From Heterodontus francisci (lineage: Eukaryota), in the NCBI RefSeq assembly GCF_036365525.1, contig NC_090399.1, forward strand, positions 42,750,430 through 42,814,429: a DNA stretch of 64,000 bases, in the 5' to 3' direction. A program made the position numbers and the translations under genes. This document shows, in pieces, positions 10,011-23,100 of this stretch. A model generated the notes under the pieces. The model had not been told where the DNA came from, did not search any database, and saw only the letters and a list, made by a program, of their open reading frames with translations. Each line of letters begins with the position of its first letter. Position 1 is the first letter of the stretch.

Positions 10011-11127
10011 CACAGTTGAATATCTGAAGTGCAGTTGCAAAGTCGGGGAAATAGCATGCAAATCAAAGCCTCAACAATTCTGGGGTTAATTATTGAAAAG
10101 TTTTATTAAGTTCATTAAGTATCCGAGGAACTGCTGTGCATGGATACATGAGTGTTGTGTCCAGCATTCCCGTTAGACAGACAGGCCGAGTCTCTGCTAT
10201 GCACAGCTAAAGAGATTGTTCCTGGAGAGCCTTGTGGTGAATAAACGCTTGGCTCTCTATTCCACTACTGTATTGTCCATGTGAAGAAGGCAAAGTCACA
10301 AGAGTCTGAGCTCAGTCTATTCTTGGTGAATGTTCCCCAAGCGCATCCCAATGTGCATTCCCAATTCATCCATAAATGCAATGATCCTTTCCACATCGTG
10401 ACGAGCTCTGCAGCATGATCCAGTTGTCTTCGTTGCTTGAATGCTGACCTTAAGTCTCAAGGATTGTTTTCTCGACGGCATGTTTTACATGAAAAGAAAT
10501 AAAGCAAATCAGAGTCAGAGCTTGCCTCCCTCCATCCACTGAAATGACTGTTGTGCACACCTTTTTAAGTTCTGCAGTGAAGGCACCAATTGATAACGTC
10601 GCCAATGAAGCACTTATTACCCACCTCAGATGCAGGAATCAGCACATCCTTGCGTCATCTCCTGCACTGCCTCCTTTGCTTGAATGTCGTCCTTAAGTGT
10701 CAAGGATTGTTTTCTCAAGGGCACATTTTACACGAAAGAAAATAAGGAAAGAACATCAGTGTCAGAGCTTCCCTCCCTCCAATGAAATTACTGTTGAGCA
10801 TGCTCTGTGTTCTGCGGTGAAGGCATGTACTGATAACACCGCCAATGAATCACTTAGTACCCACCTCAGCTGTAGGAGGCAGGATGATGTAACTGCCCCT
10901 ATCTCGTGATGGTTCAATGCTGCTCTCAGGGAAAACATGAATGATGTGAGGGTGCTGGAAAAAGAAGCACATTTCTTTTGGACTATGAACATAAAGCAGG
11001 CCATTTAGCCCAGCTGTTCCCTGCTAGTGGTTATGTTACTCATGCGTCTTCCCATCCATTCCCATTTAATCCTGCCTACTACTATCAGCATCATCTTCCA
11101 TTTCTTTCACTCTTATCTACCTTTGCC

Positions 11128-14100
11128 TCAAAGCAACACTGAGGATGGAGAATGGTGTGGCTGCACTCCCACCTCACCAGTTGTGTACGCAGCAAGAGCA
11201 TTCACATTTGTGCTACCACTGGACACGACATGCTTGTTTCTTTTAGTGCTCAGTCCCTTCTTGCTGAATGTTCCAGAACTGCTTGAACCGTTTGGATGCC
11301 CTCTCTGCTTGACAGGCAGCAGCTGGCAATTGCGGAGCCTCACAAGGCTCTGCATGGTTGTTTCAAAGGCAGATGGGGAAACAGGTGGATGTGTGTCCAT
11401 GTGCACTGCTCTGATGGGTGCAGGAACAGGTGGCACTGTGTCCACGTGCACTGCTCTGACGGGTGCAGGAACAGGTGGCTGAGTGCCCACGTGCACTGCT
11501 CTGATGGGTGCAGGAACAGGTGGCAGTGTGTCCATGTGCACTGCTCTGATGGGTGCAGGAACAGGTGGCAGTGTGTCCATGTGCACTGCTCTGATGGGTG
11601 CAGGAACAGGTGGCTGTGTGTCCATGTGCACTGCTCTGATGGGTGCAGGAACAGGTGGCACTGTGTCCATGTGCACTGCTCGGATGGGTGCAGGAACAGT
11701 TGACTGTGTGTGCATGTGCACTGCTCTGATGGGTGCAGGAACAGGTGGCTGTGTGTCCATGTGCACTGCTCTGATGGGTGCAGGAACAGTTGACTGTGTG
11801 TGCATGTGCACTGCTCTGATGGGTGCAGGAACAGGTGGCTGTGTGTCCATGTGCACTGCTCTGATGGGTGCAGGAACAGGTGACTGTGTGTCCATGAGCA
11901 CTGCTCTGATGGGTGCAGGAACAGGTGACTGTGTGTCCATGTGCACTGCTCTGATGTGAGCAGGAACAGGTGACTGTGTGTCCATGTGCACTGCTCTGAT
12001 GGGTGCAGGAACAGCTGACTGTGTGTCCATGTGCACTGCTCTGATGGGTGCAGGAACAGGTGGCTGTGTGTCCATGTGCACTGCTCGGATGGGTGCAGGA
12101 ACAGGTGGCTGTGTGTCCATGTGCACTGCGCTGATGGGTGCAGGAACAGGTGATTCTGTGTCCATGTGCACTGCTCTGATGGGTGCAGGAACGGGTGATT
12201 GTGTGTCCATGTGCACTGCTCTGATGGGTGCAGGAACGGGTGATTGTGTGTCCATGTGCACTGCTCTGATGGGTGCAGGAACAGGTGGCTGTGTGTCCAT
12301 GTGCACTGCTCTGATGGGTGCAGGAACAGGTGGCAGTGTGTCCATGTGCACTGCTCTGATGGGTGCAGGAACAGGTGGCAGTGTGTCCATGTGCACTGCT
12401 CTGATGGGTGCAGGAACAGGTGGCTGTGTGTCCATGTGCACTGCTCTGATGGGTGCAGGAACAGGTGGCACTGTGTCCATGTGCACTGCTCGGATGGGTG
12501 CAGGAACAGTTGACTGTGTGTGCATGTGCACTGCTCTGATGGGTGCAGGAACAGGTGGCTGTGTGTCCATGTGCACTGCTCTGATGGGTGCAGGAACAGT
12601 TGACTGTGTGTGCATGTGCACTGCTCTGATGGGTGCAGGAACAGGTGGCTGTGTGTCCATGTGCACTGCTCTGATGGGTGCAGGAACAGGTGACTGTGTG
12701 TCCATGAGCACTGCTCTGATGGGTGCAGGAACAGGTGACTGTGTGTCCATGTGCACTGCTCTGATGTGAGCAGGAACAGGTGACTGTGTGTCCATGTGCA
12801 CTGCTCTGATGGGTGCAGGAACAGCTGACTGTGTGTCCATGTGCACTGCTCTGATGGGTGCAGGAACAGGTGGCTGTGTGTCCATGTGCACTGCTCGGAT
12901 GGGTGCAGGAACAGGTGGCTGTGTGTCCATGTGCACTGCGCTGATGGGTGCAGGAACAGGTGATTCTGTGTCCATGTGCACTGCTCTGATGGGTGCAGGA
13001 ACGGGTGATTGTGTGTCCATGTGCACTGCTCTGATGGGTGCAGGAACAGGTGGCTGTGTGTCCATGTGCACTGCTCTGATGGGTGCAGGAACAGGTGATT
13101 GTGTGTCCATGTGCACTGCTCTGATGGGTGCAGGAACAGGTGGCTGTGTGTCCATGTGCACTGCGCTGATGGGTGCAGGAACATGTGGCTGTGTGTCCAT
13201 GTGCACTGCTCTGATGGGTGCACGAACAGGTGGCAGTATGTCCATGTGCACTGCACGGATGCGTGCAGGAACAGCTGGCTGCGTGTGAACGTGCACAGCT
13301 CTGATGGGTGCAGGAACAGGTGGCTGTGTGTCCATGTGCACTGCTCTGATAGGTGCAGGAACAGGTGGCACTGTGTCAATGTGCAGTGCTCTGATGGGTG
13401 CAGGAACAGTTGACTGTGTGTCCATGTGCACTGCTCTGATGGGTGCAGGAACAGGTGACTGTGTGGCCATGTGCACTGCTCTGATGGGTGCAGGAACAGG
13501 TGGCTATGTGTCCATGTGCACTGCTCTGATGGGTGCATGCAGGTGGCACTGTGTCCCTGTGCACTGCTCTGATGGGTGCAGGAACAGGTGGCTGTGTGTC
13601 CATGTGCACTGCTCGGATGGGTGCAGGAACAGGTGGCTGTGTGTCCATGTGCACTGCTCGGATGGGTGCAGGAACAGGTGGCTGTGTGTCCATGTGCACT
13701 GCTCTGATGGGTGCAGGAACAGGTGGCTGAGTGTCCACGTGCACTGCTCTGATGGGTGCAGGAACAGGTGATTGTGTGTCCATGTGCACTGCTCTGATGG
13801 GTGCAGGAACAGGTGGCTGTGTGTCCATGTGCACTGCTCTGATGGGTGCAGGAACAGGTGGCTGTGTGTCCATGTGCACTGCTCGGATGGGTGCAGGAAC
13901 AGGTGGCTGTGTGTCCATGTGCACTGCTCTGATGGGTGCAGGAACAGGTGGCTGAGTGTCCACGTGCACTGCTCTGATGGGTGCAGGAACAGGTGATTGT
14001 GTGTCCATGTGCACTGCTCTGATGGGTGCAGGAACAGGTGGCTGTGTGTCCATGTGCACTGCTCTGATGGGTGCAGGAACAGGTGATTGTGTGTCCATGT

Positions 14101-17100
14101 GCACTGCTCGGATGGGTGCAGGAACAGGTGATTGTGTGTCCATGTGCACTGCTCTGATGGTTGCAGGAACAGGTGGCAGTATGTCCATGTGCACTGCTCT
14201 GATGGTTGCAGGAACAGGTGACACTGTGTCCATGTGCACTGCACGGATGGGTGCAGGAACAGGTGGCTGCGTGTGAACGTGCACAGCTCTGATGGGTGCA
14301 GGAACAGGTGGCTGTGTGTCCATGTGCACTGCTCTGATGGGTGCAGGAACAGGTGGCACTGTGTCCATGTGCACTGCTCTGATGGGTGCAGGAACAGTTG
14401 ACTGTGTGTCCATGTGCACTGCTCTGATGGGTGCAGGAACAGTTGACTGTGTGTCCATGTGCACTGCTCTGATGGTTGCAGGAACAGGTGGCTGTGTGTC
14501 AATGTGCACTGCTCTGATGGGTGCAGGAACAGGTGGCTGTGTGTCCATGTGCACTGCTCTGATGGGTGCAGGAACAGTTGACTGTGTGTCCATGTGCACT
14601 GCTCTGATGGGTGCAGGAACAGTTGACTGTGTGTCCATGTGCACTGCTCTGATGGGTGCAGGAACAGGTGACTGTGTGTCCATGTGCACTGCTCTGATGG
14701 GTGCAGGAACAGTTGACTGTGTGTCCATGTGCACTGCTCTGATGGGTGCAGGAACAGATGGCTGAGTGTCCACGTGCACTGCTCTGATGGGTGCAGGAAC
14801 AGATGGCTGAGTGTCCACGTGCAATGCTCATTTGGGTGCAGGAACAGGTGACTGTGTGTCCATGTGCATTGCTCTCATGGGTGCAGGAACAAGAGACTGT
14901 GTGTCCATGTGCACTGCTCTGATGGGTGCAGGAACAGTTGACTGTGTGTCCATGTGCACTGCTCTGATGGGTGCAGGAACAGATGGCTGAGTGTCCATGT
15001 GCACTGCTCTGATGGGTGCAGGAACAGTTGACTGTGTGTCCATGTGCACTGCTCTGATGGGTGCAGGAACAGGTGACTGTGTGTCCATGTGCACTGCTCT
15101 GATGGGTGCAGGAACAATTGACTGTGTGTCCATGTGCACTGCTCTGATGGGTGCAGGAACAGATGGCTGAGTGTCCACGTGCACTGCTCTGATGGGTGCA
15201 GGAACAGATGGCTGAGTGTCCACGTGCAATGCTCATTTGGGTGCAGGAACAGGTGGCTGTGTGTCCATGTGCAATGCTCTGATGGGTGCAGGAACAGGTG
15301 GCAGTGTGTCCATGTGCATTGCTCTCATGGGTGCAGGAACAGGAGACTGTGTGTCCATGTGCATTGCTCTCATGGGTGCAGGAACAGGTGACTGTGTGTC
15401 CATGTGCAATGCTCTGATGGGTGCAGGAACAGGTGGCTGTGTGTCCATGTGCAATGCTCATTTGGGTGCAGGAACAGGTGACTGTGTGTCCATGTGCATT
15501 GCTCTCATGGGTGCAGGAACAGGTGACTGTGTGTCCATGTGCACTGCTCTGATGGGTGCAGGAACAGGTGGCTGTGTGTCCGTGTGCAATGCTCATTTGG
15601 GTGCAGGAACAGGTGACTGTGTGTCCATGTGCACTGTTCTGATGGGTGCAGGAACAGGTGACTGTGTGTCCATGTGCACTGCTCTGATGGGTGCAGGAAC
15701 AGGTGACTGTGTGTCCATGTGCACTGCTCTGATGGTTGCAGGAACAGGTGATTGTGTGTCCATGTGCACTGCTCGGATGGGTGCAGGAACAGGTGGCAGT
15801 GTGTCAATGTGCACTGCTCTGATGGGTGCAGGAACAGGTGGCTGTGTGTCCATGTGCACTGCTCGGATGGGTGCAGGAATAGGTGGCACTGTGTCCATGT
15901 GCACTGCTCTGATGGGTGCAGGAACATGTGGCTGTGTGTCCATGTGCAATGCTCTGATGGTTGCAGGAACAGGTGGCACTGTGTCCACGTACACTGCTCG
16001 GATGGGTGCAGGAACAGGTGGCTGTGTGTCCATGTGCACTGCTCTGATGGTTGCAGGAACAGGTGGCACTGTGTCCATGTGCACTGCTCTGATGGGTGCA
16101 GGAACAGGTGGCAGTGTGTCCATGTGCACTGCTCTGATGGGTGCAGGAACAGGTGGCACTGTGTCCATGTGCAGTGTTCGGATGGGTGCAGGAACAGGTG
16201 GCAGTGTGTCCATGTGCACTGCTCTCATGGGTGCAGGAACAGGTGGTAGTGTGTCAATGTGCACCGTTCTGATGGGTGCAGGAACAGTTGACTGTGTGTC
16301 ATGTGCACTGCTCTGATGTGTGCAGGAACAGGTGACTGTTTGTCCATGTGCACTGCTCTGATGGGTGCAGGAACAGGTGACTGTGTGTCCATGTGCACTG
16401 CTCGGATGGGTGCAGGAACAGGTGACTGTGTGTCCATGTGCACTGCTCTGATGGGTGCAGGAACAGGTGACTGTGTGTCCACTTGCACTGCTCGAATGGG
16501 TGCAGGAACAGGTGGCTGTGTGTCCACTTGCACTGCTCTGATGGGTGCAGGAACAGGTGACTGTGTGTCCACTTGCACTGCTCGAATGGGTGCAGGAACA
16601 GGTGGCTGTGTGTCCACTTGCACTGCAGTGATGGGTGCAGGAACAGGTGACTGTGTGTCCACTTGCACTGCTCGAATGGGTGCAGGAACAGGTGGCTGTG
16701 TGTCCATGTGCACTGCTCTGATGTGTGCAGGAACAGGTGGCTGTGTGTCCATGTGCACTGCTCTGATGTGTGCAGGAACAGGTGGCTGTGTGTCCATGTG
16801 CACTGCTCTGATGTGTGCAGGAGCAGGTGGTTGTGTGTCCATGTGCACTGCTCTGATGTGTGCAGGAACAGCTGGCTGTGTGTCCATGTGCACTGCTCGG
16901 ATGGGTGCAGGAACAGGTGACTGTGTGTCCATGTGCACTGCTCGGATGGGTGCAGGAACAGGTGGCTGTGTGTCCATGTGCACTGCTCTGATGGGTGCAG
17001 GAACAGGTGGCTGTGTGTCTATGTGCACTGCTCTGATGGGTGCAGGAACAGGTGACTGTGTGTCCATGTGCACTGCTCTGATGGGTGCAGGAACAGTTGA

Positions 17101-20100
17101 CTGTGTGTCCATGTGCACTGCTCTGATGGGTGCAGGAACATTTGGCAGTGTGTCAATGTGCAGTGCTCTGATGGGTGCAGGAACAGTTGACTGTGTGTCC
17201 ATGTGCACTGCTCTGATGGGTGCAGGAACACGTGACTGTGTGTCCATGTGCACTGCTCGGATGGGTGCAGGAACAGGTGGCTGTGTGTCCATGTGCACTG
17301 CTCGGATGGGTGCAGGAACAGGTGGCTGTGTGTCCATGTGCACTGCTCTGATGGGTGCAGGAACAGGTGGCTGAGTGTCCACGTGCACTGCTCGGATGGG
17401 TGCAGGAACAGGTGATTGTGTGACCATGTGCACTGCTCTGATGGGTGCAGGATCAGGTGGCTGTGTGTCCATGTGCACTGCTCTGATGGGTGCAGGAACA
17501 GGTGATTGTGTGTCCATGTGCACTGCTCTGATGGTTGCAGGAACAGGTGGCACTGTGTCCATGTGCACTGCATGGATGGGTGCAGGAACAGGTGGCTGCG
17601 TGTGAACGTGCACAGCTCTGATGGGTGCAGGAACAGGTGGCTGTGTGTCAATGTGCACTGCTCTGATGGGTGCAGGAACAGGTGGCTGTGTGTCCATGTG
17701 CACTGCTCTGATGGGTGCAGTAACAGGTGGCTGTGTGTCCATGTGCACTGCTCTGATGGGTGCACGAACAGGTGGCACTGTGTCCCTGTGCACTGCTCGG
17801 ATGGGTGCAGGAACAGGTGGCTGTGTGTCCATGTGCACTGCTCGGATGGGTGCAGGAACAGGTGGCTGTGTGTCCATGTGCACTGCTCTGATGGGTGCAG
17901 GAACAGGTGGCTGAGTGTTCACGTGCACTGCTCGGATGGGTGCAGGAACAGGTGATTGTGTGACCATGTGCACTGCTCTGATGGGTGCAGGAACAGGTGG
18001 CTGTGTGTCCATGTGCACTGCTCTGATGGGTGCAGGAACAGGTGATTGTGTGTCCATGTGCACTGCTCTGATGGTTGCAGGAACAGGTGGCACTGTGTCC
18101 ATGTGCACTGCATGGATGGGTGCAGGAACAGGTGGCTGCGTGTGAACGTGCACAGCTCTGATGGGTGCAGGAACAGGTGGCTGTGTGTCAATGTGCACTG
18201 CTCTGATGGGTGCAGGAACAGGTGGCTGTGTGTCCATGTGCACTGCTCTGATGGGTGCAGGAACAGGTGACTGTGTGTCAATGTGCACTGCTCTGATGGG
18301 TGCAGGAACAGGTGGCTGTGTGTCAATGTGCACTGCTCTGATGGGTGCAGGAACAGTTGACTGTGTGTCCATGTGCATTGCTCTGATGGGTGCAGGAACA
18401 GTTGACTGTGTGTCCATGTGCACTGCTCTGATGGGTGCAGGAACAGGTGGCTGTGTGTCAATGTGCACTGCTCTGATGGGTGCAGGAACAGTTGACTGTG
18501 TGTCCATGTGCACTGCTCTGATGGGTGCAGGAACAGTTGACTGTGTGTCCATGTGCACTGCTCTGATGGGTGCAGGAACAGGTGGCTGTGTGGCCATGTG
18601 CACTGCTCTGATGGGTGCAGGAACAGTTGACTGTGTGTCAATGTGCACTGCTCTGATGGGTGCAGGAACAGTTGACTGTGTGTCAATGTGCACTGCTCTG
18701 ATGGGTGCAGGAACAGTTGACTGTGTGTCAATGTGCACTGCTCTGATGGGTGCAGGAACAGTTGACTGTTTGTCAATGTGCACTGCTCTGATGGGTGCAG
18801 GAACAGGTGATTGTGTGTCCATGTGCACTGCTCTGATGGTTGCAGGAACAGGTGGCACTGTGTCCATGTGCACTGCATGGATGGGTGCAGGAACAGGTGG
18901 CTGCGTGTGAACGTGCACAGCTCTGATGGGTGCAGGAACAGGTGGCTGTGTGTCAATGTGCACTGCTCTGATGGGTGCAGGAACAGGTGGCTGTGTGTCC
19001 ATGTGCACTGCTCTGATGGGTGCAGGAACAGGTGACTGTGTGTCAATGTGCACTGCTCTGATGGGTGCAGGAACAGGTGGCTGTGTGTCAATGTGCACTG
19101 CTCTGATGGGTGCAGGAACAGTTGACTGTGTGTCCATGTGCATTGCTCTGATGGGTGCAGGAACAGTTGACTGTGTGTCCATGTGCACTGCTCTGATGGG
19201 TGCAGGAACAGGTGGCTGTGTGTCAATGTGCACTGCTCTGATGGGTGCAGGAACAGTTGACTGTGTGTCCATGTGCACTGCTCTGATGGGTGCAGGAACA
19301 GTTGACTGTGTGTCCATGTGCACTGCTCTGATGGGTGCAGGAACAGGTGGCTGTGTGGCCATGTGCACTGCTCTGATGGGTGCAGGAACAGTTGACTGTG
19401 TGTCAATGTGCACTGCTCTGATGGGTGCAGGAACAGTTGACTGTGTGTCAATGTGCACTGCTCTGATGGGTGCAGGAACAGTTGACTGTGTGTCAATGTG
19501 CACTGCTCTGATGGGTGCAGGAACAGTTGACTGTTTGTCAATGTGCACTGCTCTGATGGGTGCACGAACAGGTGGCTGAGTGTCCATGTGCACTGCTCTG
19601 ATGGGTGCAGGAACAGGTGACTGTGTGTCCACGTGCACTGCTCTGTTGGGTGCAGGAACAGGTGGCAGGTTGTCCATGTGCACTGCTCTGATGGGTGCAG
19701 GAACAGGTGGCAGTGTGTCCATGTGCACTGCTCTGATGGGTGCAGGAACAGGTGGCTGTGTGTCCATGTGCACTGCTCTGATGGGTGCAGGAACAGGTGG
19801 ATGTGTGTCCATGTGCACTGCTCTGATGGGTGCAGGAACAGGTGATTGTGTGTCCATGTGCACTGCTCTGATGGGTGCAGGAACAGGTGGCTGTGTGTCC
19901 ATGTGCACTGCTCTGATGGATGCAGGAACAGGTGATTATGTGTCCATGTGCACTGCTCTGATGGTTGCAGGAACAGGTGGCACTGTGTCCATGTGCACTG
20001 CATGGATGGGTGCAGGAACAGGTGGCTGCGTGTGAACGTGCACAGCTCTGATGGGTGCAGGAACAGGTGGCTGTGTGTCCATGTGCACAGCTCTGATGGG

Positions 20101-23100
20101 TGCAGGAACAGTTGACTGTGTGTCCATGTGCACTGCTCTGATGGGTGCAGGAACAGTTGACTGTGTGTCCATGTGCACTGCTCTGATGGTTGCAGGAACA
20201 GGTGGCACTGTGTCCATGTGCACTGCTCTGATGGGTGCAGGAACAGGTGGCTGCGTGTGAACGTGCACAGCTCTGATGGGTGCAGGAACAGGTGACTGTG
20301 TGTCCATGTGCACTGCTCGGATGGGTGCAGGAACACGTGACTGTGTGTCCATGTGCACTGCTCTGATGGGTGCAGGAACAGGTGACTGTGTGTCCACTTG
20401 CACTGCTCGAATGGGTGCAGGAACAGGTGGCTGTGTGTCCACTTGCACTGCTCTGATGGGTGCAGGAACAGGTGACTGTGTGTCCACTTGCACTGCTCTG
20501 ATGGGTGCAGGAACAGGTGATTGTGTGTCCATGTGCACTGCTCTGATGGGTGCAGGAACAGGTGGCTGTGTGTCCATGTGCACTGCTCTGATGGGTGCAG
20601 GAACAGTTGATTGTGTGTCCATGTGCACTGCTCGGATGGGTGCAGGAACAGGTGATTGTGTGTCCATGTGCACTGCTCTGATGGTTGCAGGAACAGGTGG
20701 CAGTATGTCCATGTGCACTGCTCTGATGGTTGCAGGAACAGGTGACACTGTGTCCATGTGCACTGCACGGATGGGTGCAGGAACAGGTGGCTGCGTGTGA
20801 ACGTGCACAGCTCTGATGGGTGCAGGAGCAGGTGGCTGTGTGTCCATGTGCACTGCTCTGATGGGTGCAGGAACAGGTGGCACTGTGTCAATGTGCACTG
20901 CTCTGATGGGTGCAGGAACAGGTGGCTGCGTGTGAACGTGCACAGCTCTGATGGGTGCAGGAACAGGTGGCTGTGTGTCCATGTGCACTGCTCTGATGGG
21001 TGCAGGAACAGGTGGCACTGTGTCCATGTGCACTGCTCTGATGGGTGCAGGAACAGTTGACTGTGTGTCCATGTGCACTGCTCTGATGGGTGCAGGAACA
21101 GTTGACTGTGTGTCCATGTGCACTGCTCTGATGGTTGCAGGAACAGGTGGCTGTGTGTCAATGTGCACTGCTCTCATGGGTGCAGGAACAGGTGGCTGTG
21201 TGTCCATGTGCACTGCTCTGATGGGTGCAGGAACAGTTGACTGTGTGTCCATGTGCACTGCTCTGATGGGTGCAGGAACAGTTGACTGTGTGTCCATGTG
21301 CACTGCTCTGATGGGTGCAGGAACAGGTGGCTGTGTGTCAATGTGCACTGCTCTCATGGGTGCAGGAACAGGTGGCTGTGTGTCAATGTGCACCGTTCTG
21401 ATGGGTGCAGGAACAGTTGACTGTGTGTCATGTGCACTGCTCTGATGTGTGCAGGAACAGGTGGCTGTGTGTCCACTTGCACTGCTCCGATGGGTGCAGG
21501 AACAGGTGACTGTTTGTCCATGTGCACTGCTCTGATGGGTGCAGGAACAGGTGACTGTGTGTCCATGTGCACTGCTCGGATGGGTGCAGGAACAGGTGAC
21601 TGTGTGTCCATGTGCACTGCTCTGATGGGTGCAGGAACAGGTGACTGTGTGTCCACTTGCACTGCTCGAATGGGTGCAGGAACAGGTGGCTGTGTGTCCA
21701 CTTGCACTGCTCTGATGGGTGCAGGAACAGGTGACTGTGTGTCCACTTGCACTGCTCGAATGGGTGCAGGAACAGGTGGCTGTGTGTCCACTTGCACTGC
21801 TCTGATGGGTGCAGGAACAGGTGACTGTGTGTCCACTTGCACTGCTCGAATGGGTGCAGGAACAGGTGGCTGTGTGTCCATGTGCACTGCTCTGATGTGT
21901 GCAGGAACAGGTGGCTGTGTGTCCATGTGCACTGCTCTGATGTGTGCAGGAACAGCTGGTTGTGTGTCCATGTGCACTGCTCGGATGGGTGCAGGAACAG
22001 GTGACTGTGTGTCCATGTGCACTGCTCGGATGGGTGCAGGAACAGGTGGCTGTGTGTCCATGTGCACTGCTCTGATGGGTGCAGGAACAGGTGGCTGTGT
22101 GTCTATGTGCACTGCTCTGATGGGTGCAGGAACAGGTGACTGTGTGTCCATGTGCACTGCTCTGATGGGTGCAGGAACAGTTGACTGTGTGTCCATGTGC
22201 ACTGCTCGGATGGGTGCAGGAACAGGTGACTGTGTGTCCATGTGCACTGCTCGGATGGGTGCAGGAACAGGTGACTGTGTGTCCATGTGCACTGCTCTGA
22301 TGGTTGCAGGAACAGGTGGCAGTATGTCCATGTGCACTGCTCTGATGGTTGCAGGAACAGGTGACACTGTGTCCATGTGCACTGCACGGATGGGTGCAGG
22401 AACAGGTGGCTGCGTGTGAACGTGCACAGCTCTGATGGGTGCAGGAACAGGTGGCTGTTTGTCCATGTGCACTGCTCTGATGGGTGCAGGAACAGGTGGC
22501 ACTGTGTCAATGTGCACTGCTCTGATGCGTGCAGGAACAGTTGACTGTGTGTCCATGTGCACTGCTCTGATGGGTGCAGGAACATTTGGCAGTGTGTCAA
22601 TGTGCAGTGCTCTGATGGGTGCAGGAACAGTTGACTGTGTGTCCATGTGCACTGCTCTGATGGGTGCAGGAACACGTGACTGTGTGTCCATGTGCACTGC
22701 TCTGATGGGTGCAGGAACAGGTGGCTGTGTGTCCTTGTGCACTGCTCTGATGGGTGCACGAACAGGTGGCACTGTGTCCCTGTGCACTGCTCGGATGGGT
22801 GCAGGAACAGGTGGCTGTCTGTCCATGTGCACTGCTCGGATGGGTGCAGGAACAGGTGGCTGTGTGTCCATGTGCACTGCTCTGATGGGTGCAGGAACAG
22901 GTGATTGTGTGTCCATGTGCACTGCTCTGATGGTTGCAGGAACAGGTGGCACTGTGTCCATGTGCACTGCATGGATGGGTGCAGGAACAGGTGGCTGCGT
23001 GTGAACGTGCACAGCTCTGATGGGTGCAGGAACAGGTGGCTGTGTGTCAATGTGCACTGCTCTGATGGGTGCAGGAACAGGTGGCTGTGTGTCCATGTGC

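Noticed and set aside
8795-10089. Pro-rich and Gly/Arg/Glu-rich ORFs
   Set aside because: They are translations of polypurine and polypyrimidine low-complexity tracts.
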